Below, one piece after another: positions 1 to 7,834 of a stretch of 14,213 bases of DNA (the stretch's first letter is position 1; every line of letters starts with the position of its first letter). Source of the stretch: an uncultured bacterium (GTDB lineage: Bacteria > SAR324 > NAC60-12); assembly GCA_964010765.1 (NCBI GenBank), contig CAXGMD010000080.1, positions 1-14,213 on the forward strand, given 5' to 3'. The notes under the pieces were generated by a model that did not search any database, was not told where the DNA came from, and saw only the letters and a list, made by a program, of their open reading frames with translations. Position numbers and translations under genes: made by a program.

Positions 1-2
1 GC

Positions 3-1037
3 AACGAACAGCAGTTCCCACAGACGGAACTGGATGCAGAGTCCTTGTTTCAGCAACATCAGCAACTTGGTGAAGACCTGCAGGACGTCAAGGGCCAGGA
101 GCACGTCAAACGGGCGCTTGAAGTGGCAGCTGCCGGAGGACACAACCTGTTGATGCTCGGACCCCCAGGTTCCGGTAAAACGATGCTTGCTCGAAGAATG
201 GTCAGCATCCTGCCGCCACCATCTTTTGACGAAGCGCTAGAGGTTACCCAGATTCACAGTGTTGCAGGGCTACTACCCGCCGACCGACCACTTCTCGGTA
301 CTCGGCCCTTCCGAACACCACACCACACCATCTCGTCAGCGGGCTTGGCCGGAGGGGGAAGCATTCCGGGGCCGGGTGAAATTTCACTGGCTCACAATGG
401 TGTCTTGTTTCTGGATGAGTTGCCAGAATTCCCAAGATCTGTGCTTGAGCTGCTTCGTCAACCGCTCGAGGACCGTCGACTGACAATCTCCCGAGCAGCG
501 ATGGCTATTGAGTTTCCCTGTGACTTCATGCTGTTGGCGGCAATGAATCCTTGTCCCTGCGGATTCTATGGAAGTCCTACGGGGAGTCAGCCCTGTCGCT
601 GTTCCCCACACCTGGTACAAAAATATCGCTCAAAAATTTCTGGACCTCTCCTTGACCGGATCGATATTCACCTACAGGTCCCGGTTGTTGATCCGAGTGA
701 GTTGGGTGATCAAAGGCGCGGGGAATCCTCTGCTGTGATTCAACAACGGGTAACGGAAGCACGGCGAGTCCAGGAACATCGCTTCCTCGATAGTTCTACC
801 CGATCAAATGCAGGGATGAGTCGTCGTGAACTGGAGAATTTTGCGACACCGTCGCCGGCAGCCTTGAAATTACTGGAGCAAGCCATGCAGCGAATGCAAC
901 TCAGCGCCAGGGCCTATGATCGAATCCTCAAGGTAGCCCGCACGATTGCTGATCTCGCTGGAGTGGATACAATTGATACACCTCATCTGGCGGAAGCTGT
1001 TCAGTACCGGGGATTGGATCGGCCTCTCCCTGTGTGA
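3..1037 (+). CDS. comM: YifB/ComM family Mg-chelatase-like AAA+ ATPase (5'-truncated by window edge)
   Basis: Frame is open from position 3. Motifs: [33 protein letters not shown] (Walker A), [20 protein letters not shown] (Walker B), [18 protein letters not shown], and C-terminal [19 protein letters not shown]. Confidence 0.95.
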   Translation, partial: NEQQFPQTELDAESLFQQHQQLGEDLQDVKGQEHVKRALEVAAAGGHNLLMLGPPGSGKTMLARRMVSILPPPSFDEALEVTQIHSVAGLLPADRPLLGTRPFRTPHHTISSAGLAGGGSIPGPGEISLAHNGVLFLDELPEFPRSVLELLRQPLEDRRLTISRAAMAIEFPCDFMLLAAMNPCPCGFYGSPTGSQPCRCSPHLVQKYRSKISGPLLDRIDIHLQVPVVDPSELGDQRRGESSAVIQQRVTEARRVQEHRFLDSSTRSNAGMSRRELENFATPSPAALKLLEQAMQRMQLSARAYDRILKVARTIADLAGVDTIDTPHLAEAVQYRGLDRPLPV

Positions 1038-1149
1038 AGATCGTCTGCTATAGTCTTCACAAAATCTTCATATTCTCTCCCCAATTTCCCCACAATTTTC
1101 CTCTAAGCTTTAAGGCAAGTCATCGGGAAATGGATTCCCGGAGCTCCTC

Positions 1150-1195
1150 AGAGGCATTCCTGTCTTCTTGAAAAAATGTCGGCAGGAGTGTCTCT
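1150..1195 (+). terminator. 15-bp RNA hairpin (3 G-U pairs); possible terminator or ncRNA element
   Basis: AGAGGCATTCCTGTC (1150-1164) pairs with GGCAGGAGTGTCTCT (1181-1195). All three non-Watson-Crick positions are G-U on the + strand. The loop is 16 nt and only a short T run follows. Confidence 0.45.
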
Positions 1196-1350
1196 TTGGC
1201 AAAATTACTACTTTATTTACAATTCCGCATTATTTTTTCATGAATTATGCAGCTTATTGTTCAGCAAAAGAGGCAGGTTCTTTCCCATCCTGAAGAAAGT
1301 AGTTCTTCAGTCATCGCCTGAAAAAGATCGCAAGACCTGCACAATAGTAG

Positions 1351-1356
1351 TTGACA
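1351..1356 (+). promoter_or_regulatory. sigma70-type -35 hexamer (TTGACA) upstream of the CIRCE
   Basis: Perfect TTGACA 6 nt before the CIRCE. The -10 position would fall inside the CIRCE and matches consensus poorly. Confidence 0.55.
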
Positions 1357-1362
1357 AATTTG

Positions 1363-1389
1363 TTAGCACTTGCTCTCATAGAGTGCTAA
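1363..1389. promoter_or_regulatory. CIRCE element (HrcA operator)
   Basis: TTAGCACTT-gctctcata-GAGTGCTAA against consensus TTAGCACTC-N9-GAGTGCTAA: 17/18 match with the exact 9-nt spacer, about 30 nt upstream of a start codon. Confidence 0.93.
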
Positions 1390-1418
1390 TAATAAATCTT
1401 TTCCCAAAAGAGGTAATG

Positions 1419-1661
1419 ATGAAAAAAAACAAGGACTCAGCATGGAGTGAGTTTGTGTTTGAAGATGAGACTTGGAAGGAAGACAGTGTGAAGGAGCGCC
1501 AACATGCACAAATTCAGGCAGCTGTGCAGAATTTTTTGAACAGAGGGAGAAAGATTGAGATCCTTCCTCCACAGCCAGATCGGGAATCACGCAACGTGCG
1601 AGCCGACCACTGGGGTGGGGCATATGAAGAATTTGATGACGTACTCACCAGTCTGAACTAG
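1419..1661 (+). CDS. Small acidic protein (80 aa), putative SutA-like RNA polymerase-binding domain
   Basis: RBS AAAAGAGGT (1406-1414) precedes ATGs at 1416/1419. Core KERQHAQIQAAVQNFLNRGRKIEILPP resembles the SutA helix plus FLxRGGKVxxI motif (recalled, not searched). The upstream extension to 1176 is AT-rich promoter DNA. Confidence 0.75.
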   Translation: MKKNKDSAWSEFVFEDETWKEDSVKERQHAQIQAAVQNFLNRGRKIEILPPQPDRESRNVRADHWGGAYEEFDDVLTSLN

Positions 1662-1672
1662 GCAACGAACTT

Positions 1673-1703
1673 GCTGAATCATCAAGGATCTTGATGATTC
1701 AGC
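1673..1703. terminator. Perfect 14-bp inverted repeat between convergent genes (likely bidirectional terminator)
   Basis: GCTGAATCATCAAG-gat-CTTGATGATTCAGC, starting 12 nt after the stop at 1661. No U tract on either side. Confidence 0.6.
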
Positions 1704-1741
1704 GGCCCAGTCAAGCGGACAGTGAACGCCTGCCTACACTT

Positions 1742-2449
1742 TCAGAACCCCATGTAGAAACCGAAGAAAGTTCCAACGCCTCCGAGTTCCAGGGTCTTGC
1801 TACGCGATTCGACGGTAAGTGGGGCGCGGATATAGTACTGTGAAAGCATGACCCCGTATTCTCCTGAAGGAAAGCGAATCCCCCATTTGTAGTAGTAGGG
1901 TTCTAGCACTTCACCAAAAACCACTGAGTAGTTGTTGGTCCCGTCGCTCTCAACAAGATTTTCCTCAACCTTAATCAAGTAATTTCCAGTACCGACTCCA
2001 ATAAATGGATAGAAGAAGCCGAAGCGGCCATAGAGGCTGAGCCCGTAGAGCAGGCCAATGGTTTCTGTAGTGACACGGCTTCCACCGCTAAATTGGTATT
2101 CTTGATTGTAATTCGGGAGTAAGAACACCCCGCTCGGTGGGTCATTCTGAGCAATGCCTGAGAGCAGATCAATGCTGAACCCGATACCCACGTAGCCATC
2201 AACTCGGTAGTATTCGAAGGAGATCACCGTGGGTTCTACCTTAGGGTCGTAGGAAACTGACCCATAAGTCTCCTCCATCGCAATCAGGTAATCATTGTCA
2301 ACAGCAAATGGAGGCGCATTGCGCTTGGTGTCGATGCTACCGTACTGAAGCGAAGCGAAGTAGAAAGTCTGCTCGACCGCTTGAGCTGTGCTAATCATGA
2401 CGGACCAAAGCAGCAAAAGCAGGCCCCAAGGAATGACTTGCCTCACCAT
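1742..2449 (-). CDS. Exported protein, probable small outer-membrane beta-barrel
   Basis: Signal peptide ending AQA; aromatic/Gly alternating strands (FYPFIGVGTG, YYYKWGIRF); C-terminal GFYMGF with a terminal Phe (BAM-type signal). Start overlaps the upstream gene's stop (ATGGTGA). Confidence 0.75.
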   Translation of the reverse strand: MVRQVIPWGLLLLLWSVMISTAQAVEQTFYFASLQYGSIDTKRNAPPFAVDNDYLIAMEETYGSVSYDPKVEPTVISFEYYRVDGYVGIGFSIDLLSGIAQNDPPSGVFLLPNYNQEYQFSGGSRVTTETIGLLYGLSLYGRFGFFYPFIGVGTGNYLIKVEENLVESDGTNNYSVVFGEVLEPYYYKWGIRFPSGEYGVMLSQYYIRAPLTVESRSKTLELGGVGTFFGFYMGF

Positions 2450-3588
2450 CTCAACCCCGCATCAAAGAAGACAACAAAGTCGGTCTCGTTGCCACGATTG
2501 CTGTAATCCTGCACAAAGCCAGTGTCGAACTGAAGATTGTAAATTTGAATCTTGTAACCGACCATGATCAATGCGGTAGATGCCTGTAAGTTGTAGTTGC
2601 GAACCTCCTCGGGAATCGATGAAGATGGATCTCCTTCCGCTGGAAACATACTGGTTTGAATCACATTCTGAATGACCAGAGACTGATTGGAGAACATCAT
2701 CCACTCGAGGCTGATGAAACGATGGAAAACCGAATCAGAAACCCAGGATGGATTTTTGCCAAAACTTGTCATTCCCTGCCCAAAATAGACAAACCAAGGG
2801 TCGAAGCCTTTGGAAAAGGTGAACATGTAGCCTCGGTCATCACTTCCAGAACTGACCTGGCCTCCATCGGTCTTATCGCCATTGGCGACCTTGTAGTTGA
2901 GCTTGAGTGTGAAGGCTGGCATGATCCGGCCACCCTCCCAGAGATTCCACTTGATTCCTAAGCTGGTATCGCCACGCATCCCAAGGAAAGTGTCACCGTG
3001 GATTGGAGAATCATCGGCGACAAGCAGTTCTCCGTTGCGAGCTATATAATAACCAAATTTATTCCGATCTGAATATTCCCGATAGGCACCCTCTTGCTCT
3101 GCATCTGAAACACCAACCATTGCGTGAAAAGCTTCCACATATTCATCCATAATGCCCCCGGTCAGGGTCAGGAAGGGCACCTCGACTGACAATTCAACAG
3201 ATGGAGTAAATCCGTACTTGAAACGGAAGTTTTGGCGGTAGCTTTCAACGTCCATATACAGGCCCAAATTTGGCACGGCTTGGCCTGTATCTGCGCTGTT
3301 GAAATCACTGGCAACAATTCCCCGATCATATTCAGTTTTGGTGATTTTTTGAGTACTGCCCTGGGTATTGACAAAGGTGTTCGCCATCGAGAAGCTATAA
3401 CTGGTCAGTGCTTCCCCATCCGGTAAGGTCGCTGTGTTTTCTGGATACATCCACAAGTAGGCGTGGGTCACCGGGTAGTGGTTCCTGACTTCCAAAGGGC
3501 CCAGACCTGCGTTACGAGTCCGAGCTGGCAGCGTAGATGCTGCGAGGAAAAAGATCAGCAGTAGACAGGGGAAGGCAAGTCGATTCAT
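2443..3588 (-). CDS. Exported outer-membrane protein, DUF3187-like
   Basis: Likely start MNRLAFPCLLLIFFLAAS at 3588 (signal peptide). GPLEVRNHYP N-terminal motif and LSVEVPF..GGIMDEYVEAFH resemble DUF3187 (recalled); C-terminal DFVVFFDAGLRW. Confidence 0.7.
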   Translation of the reverse strand: MNRLAFPCLLLIFFLAASTLPARTRNAGLGPLEVRNHYPVTHAYLWMYPENTATLPDGEALTSYSFSMANTFVNTQGSTQKITKTEYDRGIVASDFNSADTGQAVPNLGLYMDVESYRQNFRFKYGFTPSVELSVEVPFLTLTGGIMDEYVEAFHAMVGVSDAEQEGAYREYSDRNKFGYYIARNGELLVADDSPIHGDTFLGMRGDTSLGIKWNLWEGGRIMPAFTLKLNYKVANGDKTDGGQVSSGSDDRGYMFTFSKGFDPWFVYFGQGMTSFGKNPSWVSDSVFHRFISLEWMMFSNQSLVIQNVIQTSMFPAEGDPSSSIPEEVRNYNLQASTALIMVGYKIQIYNLQFDTGFVQDYSNRGNETDFVVFFDAGLRW

Positions 3589-3687
3589 GTGTGGAGATGC
3601 CGTCAGCGAGAAAGTAGTGAATTCCGGCAGAAAAGATCTTGTCGGGCAATCAAGACCTGTACCAATTCCTGGGAACAAAAGAGGTTC

Positions 3688-4653
3688 GTGGCCAAGCTCA
3701 ATGAAATGATCAAAGAATTCCGACTCTCCATTGACCAGAGTGTGGAAGCTATCGCTCTATTGATGCAGATGGATCCGGAAGATTACGTACGCCTAGAGGA
3801 AGATTGGATTCCACCTGCTGATATTCTTCAGCGTTTGTGTGCTCTGTTTGAGTGGAATTACCAGGACATTAGCCGACTGGCGCTAAATACTCCGCAGGCC
3901 CGCCAGACATCCGCAATCGAAGGAAGCCGAGCACGAGCCACTTTTGGTGAACAGCTGCAAGCAGAGCGCTTGGCCGTTGGGCAAACTCTGGAAGGACTAT
4001 CCACGCTGCTTGGAATTCCTGTTGACTACTATCAGGCTTTGGAAGAAGGGGTAATTCCCGCGGATGAGTTGTTGCGCAAGATCTGCTCCATGTTTGAGTG
4101 GAACTACCGCCAGGTGCGACAGCGCCTGATCACCTCAACAAATCCAAGTTTTGGTGGCTACCAACCGCCCCTATCTGCAAGAGACATCCGCAATCGTTTC
4201 CCTAACAAACCAGAGACTCCTGAGTGGAATGAACCACCTCCAGAAAATCGATTCTCCCTGGGGGAAAGGCTTCGTGAAGCACGAGAAGAGTTTGACCAAT
4301 CCTCAGAAGCATTGGCCTTGCTGCTGCAGATTTCTCCAGAATTGTACGAAGAGATCGAGCAGGATCTCAGCAGGCCAAGTCAGGAACTCCTGCGTCAAAT
4401 CTGTGCATTATTTGAGTGGAACTACAATGAAGTGGTTCACCAATTTCGACACCAAAATCGTCAACTCTGGCAGCCTGCCATTACTCGTCTGAACAACCTG
4501 GAACCTCATCGTGTCCAGAAATTGCAAGGGCTCCAAGACGAAATTGCCATTGGTTGGAGGGATTTGAACCAGGAGCAACAGGATGCCTTGCTCTCCCAGC
4601 TAGAACTGGTTCGGGACACCGTCGACCGTTGGAAACTCAAGAACTCTCTCTGA
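3688..4653 (+). CDS. Protein with three tandem XRE/Cro-C1-like HTH domains plus a C-terminal helical domain
   Basis: GTG start after AAAAGAGGT (alternative ATG at 3706). Three ~60-aa repeats begin KLNEMIKEFR / TFGEQLQAER / SLGERLREAR and each ends [LI]CxxFEWNY. DNA repeat TTTGAGTGGAAYTAC occurs at 3847, 4093 and 4411. Confidence 0.85.
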   Translation: MAKLNEMIKEFRLSIDQSVEAIALLMQMDPEDYVRLEEDWIPPADILQRLCALFEWNYQDISRLALNTPQARQTSAIEGSRARATFGEQLQAERLAVGQTLEGLSTLLGIPVDYYQALEEGVIPADELLRKICSMFEWNYRQVRQRLITSTNPSFGGYQPPLSARDIRNRFPNKPETPEWNEPPPENRFSLGERLREAREEFDQSSEALALLLQISPELYEEIEQDLSRPSQELLRQICALFEWNYNEVVHQFRHQNRQLWQPAITRLNNLEPHRVQKLQGLQDEIAIGWRDLNQEQQDALLSQLELVRDTVDRWKLKNSL

Positions 4654-5687
4654 TGCGTCCCTACATGCGCGCAATTGTTTGCTGTTTTCTGTTATTAATT
4701 GTGGGTTTCTCGGCCCAGGCACAGTGGTTTCAGGTCCGCTCCTCCGCACCATCGACGGCTCTTCGCTTGTTCAGCTATCAGCAAGTTGATTTTGGAGAGA
4801 GTGGAGTGAGCGCTGACAATGGTACACAACTCGAGGGGGCTCAGTTTGGACTACAGAGCCAGTACAGGGTGCTCAATCTCTACCTCCTATCTCTTTTCCG
4901 AGAAGATCTCCAACTGAGCTACACCCAACCGAATCTGCTGGCTAGTGAACTGGACCAGAGCAGCCAACTGGGTCTCAGTGGAGATGATCTGCCCACCGAA
5001 CTGCATAGTGAGGGTTGGCGAGGATTTCTACCGCTGCCGTTGGGTGAAAGTGCTCTCATCATCCGCGGAGGCTATCGAATTGCCAGCGACCGTCGTGATT
5101 TGAGCAACGAGGATTACCACTCTCATGTCTCCATGCTTTTCTACCCTCAGGCTGGAGCCTCCGATCGTTGGGCGTTTGGAGCCTTTCAACAGGTCTATCT
5201 GGGAGAAATCAGCGACATCACTCCCCTTGCCCAGTATGAGAGCAATTCAGGCTCTCTGGCCTGGTCTGTTGGTTTTTTGCATCTGCCAGGCTCTTATGAC
5301 CCACCTGTGCTACCTTACTTTGGTGTGTCCACCAGTTGGATCGCCAACTTTGAACTTGAGTTAGTCTATCCGAGGCGATTAGCGATTGGTTTGAAACCAT
5401 TTGCTGGGGTGGGGCTTCGTTTAGAGTTTGATGATTCCACGACTCGCTATCGACTGGCCCGAATAGATCCTTGGGAGGGCAATGTCCTGACCCTGGATCA
5501 GTTTCGCCAGCAGCTAACCCTGGATCTACACCTGCTGACCAATATTGAATTACAGCTTGGGGTCGGTAAAGTCACTCGTCGAGAGATCATCTTGAATGAT
5601 GCAGCTCTGGAAAATGAGTTGGGCAAGGTAGAAGTGGATGACAGCGACCTCAACCAACTGGGAGCCAGTTTGATCATCAATTTCTGA
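4653..5687 (+). CDS. Outer-membrane beta-barrel protein (DUF6268-like)
   Basis: ATG overlaps the upstream TGA (TGATG). Signal peptide ending SAQA; amphipathic strands (VLPYFGVS, FELELVYPR); terminal Phe (ASLIINF). Confidence 0.75.
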   Translation: MRPYMRAIVCCFLLLIVGFSAQAQWFQVRSSAPSTALRLFSYQQVDFGESGVSADNGTQLEGAQFGLQSQYRVLNLYLLSLFREDLQLSYTQPNLLASELDQSSQLGLSGDDLPTELHSEGWRGFLPLPLGESALIIRGGYRIASDRRDLSNEDYHSHVSMLFYPQAGASDRWAFGAFQQVYLGEISDITPLAQYESNSGSLAWSVGFLHLPGSYDPPVLPYFGVSTSWIANFELELVYPRRLAIGLKPFAGVGLRLEFDDSTTRYRLARIDPWEGNVLTLDQFRQQLTLDLHLLTNIELQLGVGKVTRREIILNDAALENELGKVEVDDSDLNQLGASLIINF

Positions 5688-5718
5688 GGATTTCCCACCT
5701 GATCGACTTGCCAAGCAA

Positions 5719-5742
5719 CCCACAAAGAAGATAAGTTGTGGG
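5719..5742. promoter_or_regulatory. Inverted repeat CCCACAA-N10-TTGTGGG (terminator or operator)
   Basis: 7-bp perfect arms in an intergenic region, followed by AGTTTTCT. It overlaps a possible TTGCCA(5708)-N18-TAAGTT(5732) promoter. Confidence 0.4.
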
Positions 5743-5796
5743 AGTTTTCTGAATCTCTTCCATAATCCCCCATCCAGCCAAAAAAAGAGAGACATC

Positions 5797-6906
5797 ATGG
5801 GAATGTTCGACAACCTCGACAACCAACCCTCAAAACCAGCCTCTACTTCCAAGAAAAAAAGTGGTGGAGACATTGATTGGAAAGCGGAACTACTCTCCTG
5901 GAAGGGAGCAGTAGGTGTTGTGGTGATACTGGGAGTAGGTTGGCTGATCTTTGGAGGGAGCGAACCAGATCGTAATGAAGTCGTCAACTACAGCAACAGC
6001 AATGTACCGATTGGCGTGAGCGATACACTGAACGAAGAAGCGGTGAATCGACTCGGAGTGGATTTAACCGATAATCTTGATCCACAGTTGGTACCGGTGG
6101 TTGTGGCCGAAGCGATGAAAGAAGCAACCGAAGCCGGAGTCAGCGAAGCAGACTTTATCCCTTCCCTAGTCAGCAAGATTTCCAACAAGATTCGTGACAT
6201 CAGCACGATTGATTTGAATGCCGATGGCCTGGCCGACCCGATCCTTGTGATGCCCGCAAGCGCTTCATCTGATCAGGAATTTATCCAGTTTTCAATCAAA
6301 GTGCCTGATCCTGCCGAAGTTAGCGAGCTACCCCCTGGGAGTGATCAGGAGGCCTGGCGAGATATTGCGGAGAACAAGTCCATTGAGATCATGACCGCCT
6401 CAGCAACGAAGAATGCTCAGGATGAACTCTCCATGCAGTCGGCACCCAACCCACAGATGTACAATTCCAGCCCAGCACCATACTACCACTATGCTTCTCC
6501 AGGACTGGGGACGATTTTGTTGACTTCAATGATGATGAGTGCGCTATTCTCCCCCCCCATGGGATATGGGGGATACTATGGCGGTCCCCCAAGAAACGTA
6601 TCGACGGTTCAAAGTCAGCGCTCTGGTGTTACTTCTTCGATGGCCTCTTCTAACCCCTCACAAAGTGCTGTGAAAAACAGCAAGGGGCAGTCGGTTGGTC
6701 AATCAAATTTCAAGAAAGTTCCACCTAAGTCACTGAATCAGGTCAAAACTGCTCAATTCCGTTCTAAGAACAGTGCGGCAACAACAAATCGATCTGGTGG
6801 GTTTGGTGGTGCCAAAAATTCTGCGGTCCAGAAGCCCAGAGTTTCCGCACCCCGAAGAACCATGCCCACACGGAGATCTGGTGGGTTTGGCAGGAGAAAA
6901 CGCTAA
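5797..6906 (+). CDS. Membrane-anchored hypothetical protein with Dx[DN]xDG loop and basic Ser/Gly-rich tail
   Basis: 369 aa; TM segment GAVGVVVILGVGWLIFGG; IDLNADGLAD motif; second hydrophobic patch LGTILLTSMMMSALF; tail with two RSGGFG repeats. Confidence 0.8.
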   Translation: MGMFDNLDNQPSKPASTSKKKSGGDIDWKAELLSWKGAVGVVVILGVGWLIFGGSEPDRNEVVNYSNSNVPIGVSDTLNEEAVNRLGVDLTDNLDPQLVPVVVAEAMKEATEAGVSEADFIPSLVSKISNKIRDISTIDLNADGLADPILVMPASASSDQEFIQFSIKVPDPAEVSELPPGSDQEAWRDIAENKSIEIMTASATKNAQDELSMQSAPNPQMYNSSPAPYYHYASPGLGTILLTSMMMSALFSPPMGYGGYYGGPPRNVSTVQSQRSGVTSSMASSNPSQSAVKNSKGQSVGQSNFKKVPPKSLNQVKTAQFRSKNSAATTNRSGGFGGAKNSAVQKPRVSAPRRTMPTRRSGGFGRRKR

Positions 6907-6909
6907 CCA

Positions 6910-7122
6910 TCAGTTGATGGGTTCCTGTGCATCAGGAGGATTTTCTAAAGCCTTTGCCTGGCGTTCCTGCACACTTCGGGTCAGGACTTCGGCCAGGCGC
7001 AGAGCCTCTCGCTCTGTCATTTCGATTGAGGTAACCTTCAAGACTCTCCCCATTCTCGACTTGATTGAGAGTTGAACGCCCTCCTTACTTGGACCAACCT
7101 CAAATTCGAAGTCAACTTCCAT
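6910..7122 (-). CDS. Small hypothetical protein (70 aa)
   Basis: ATG at 7122 after GGAAGGAAAG, overlapping the end of ispF. Sequence [10 protein letters not shown]...[16 protein letters not shown] looks like strands followed by a helix. Confidence 0.7.
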   Translation of the reverse strand: MEVDFEFEVGPSKEGVQLSIKSRMGRVLKVTSIEMTEREALRLAEVLTRSVQERQAKALENPPDAQEPIN

Positions 7123-7624
7123 AACTTTCCTTCCAGGAAACTGATTGCAGTAGCACGACAGCCTCTGCTGCAATACCTTCTTCACGCCCCACAAAACCCA
7201 AGCGCTCGGTAGTGGTTGCCTTGACTGAGATTTGACCTACAGAGACCTGCAGATCTTCCGATAAATTTTTTCGCATCTCCTCAATATAGGGGCGCAGCTT
7301 GGGACGCTGGGCCTGCACTGTACAGTCCAAATTGCCTACAGCGAAGCCAAGTTCTCGGACCTTTTCGTGGACGTGACGTAACAATTGGCGACTATCTGCC
7401 CCTCGGTAGTCCTCATCAGAATCCGGAAAATGCTGACCAATATCTCCCAAGGCCAGAGCACCAAGAAGCGCATCCATTACGGCATGGAGCAAAACATCTG
7501 CGTCAGAGTGCCCCTGTAGTCCTTTCTCATGCGGAATTTCGAGCCCTCCAAGGATGAGCGGGCGTCCTTCTACCAGGGCATGAACATCAAAGCCAGTTCC
7601 AATTCGCCACATTCTCTGACTCAA
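7112..7624 (-). CDS. ispF: 2-C-methyl-D-erythritol 2,4-cyclodiphosphate synthase
   Basis: [29 protein letters not shown] and [19 protein letters not shown] signature motifs. Confidence 0.98.
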   Translation of the reverse strand: MSQRMWRIGTGFDVHALVEGRPLILGGLEIPHEKGLQGHSDADVLLHAVMDALLGALALGDIGQHFPDSDEDYRGADSRQLLRHVHEKVRELGFAVGNLDCTVQAQRPKLRPYIEEMRKNLSEDLQVSVGQISVKATTTERLGFVGREEGIAAEAVVLLQSVSWKESYGS

Positions 7625-7824
7625 TATTTTGGAGGTTCCTGGGCACTAAGCCACCCAAGCGCCAAAGCCACAATCATTGCCAAAGAACTGAGCAAATCCC
7701 CTGTTGCCAAATACCAGATCACCAGAAAAGCGGCAGGAGCACCATATCTGAGGGGGGGACTCCGGCGAAAGAGTCGGACAACTTGACCAAAAGTTCGATT
7801 GGCATCACTGAAAAGGTTTTCCAT
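7621..7824 (-). CDS. Small membrane protein (67 aa, about 2 TM)
   Basis: AGGAG RBS before the ATG at 7824; two hydrophobic segments; stop overlaps the ispF start by 4 nt. Confidence 0.75.
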   Translation of the reverse strand: MENLFSDANRTFGQVVRLFRRSPPLRYGAPAAFLVIWYLATGDLLSSLAMIVALALGWLSAQEPPKY

Positions 7825-7834
7825 GCGTCTCCTA

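Noticed and set aside
1077..1101. CCCCA repeats resembling MraZ boxes on the minus strand
   Set aside because: Only two copies, spacing does not fit the 10-nt period, and there is no mraZ/dcw gene nearby.
1113..1145. Possible c-di-GMP riboswitch (GGCAA...GAAA)
   Set aside because: Lacks the GEMM P1/P2 architecture and tetraloop receptor.
1176..1418. N-terminal 81-codon extension of the small ORF
   Set aside because: Runs through the hairpin, -35 and CIRCE; the RBS sits just before 1416/1419.
3847..4425. Three 15-nt direct repeats as a CRISPR-like array
   Set aside because: Spacing is 246 and 318 nt and the repeats encode the FEWNY motif of the protein repeats.
6551..6558. C8 homopolymer as a phase-variation tract
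   Set aside because: Short, in frame (Ser-Pro-Pro) in a Pro-rich segment; the ORF is intact.
7112..7624. ispF without adjacent ispD
   Set aside because: Separation of ispD and ispF is common in bacteria.
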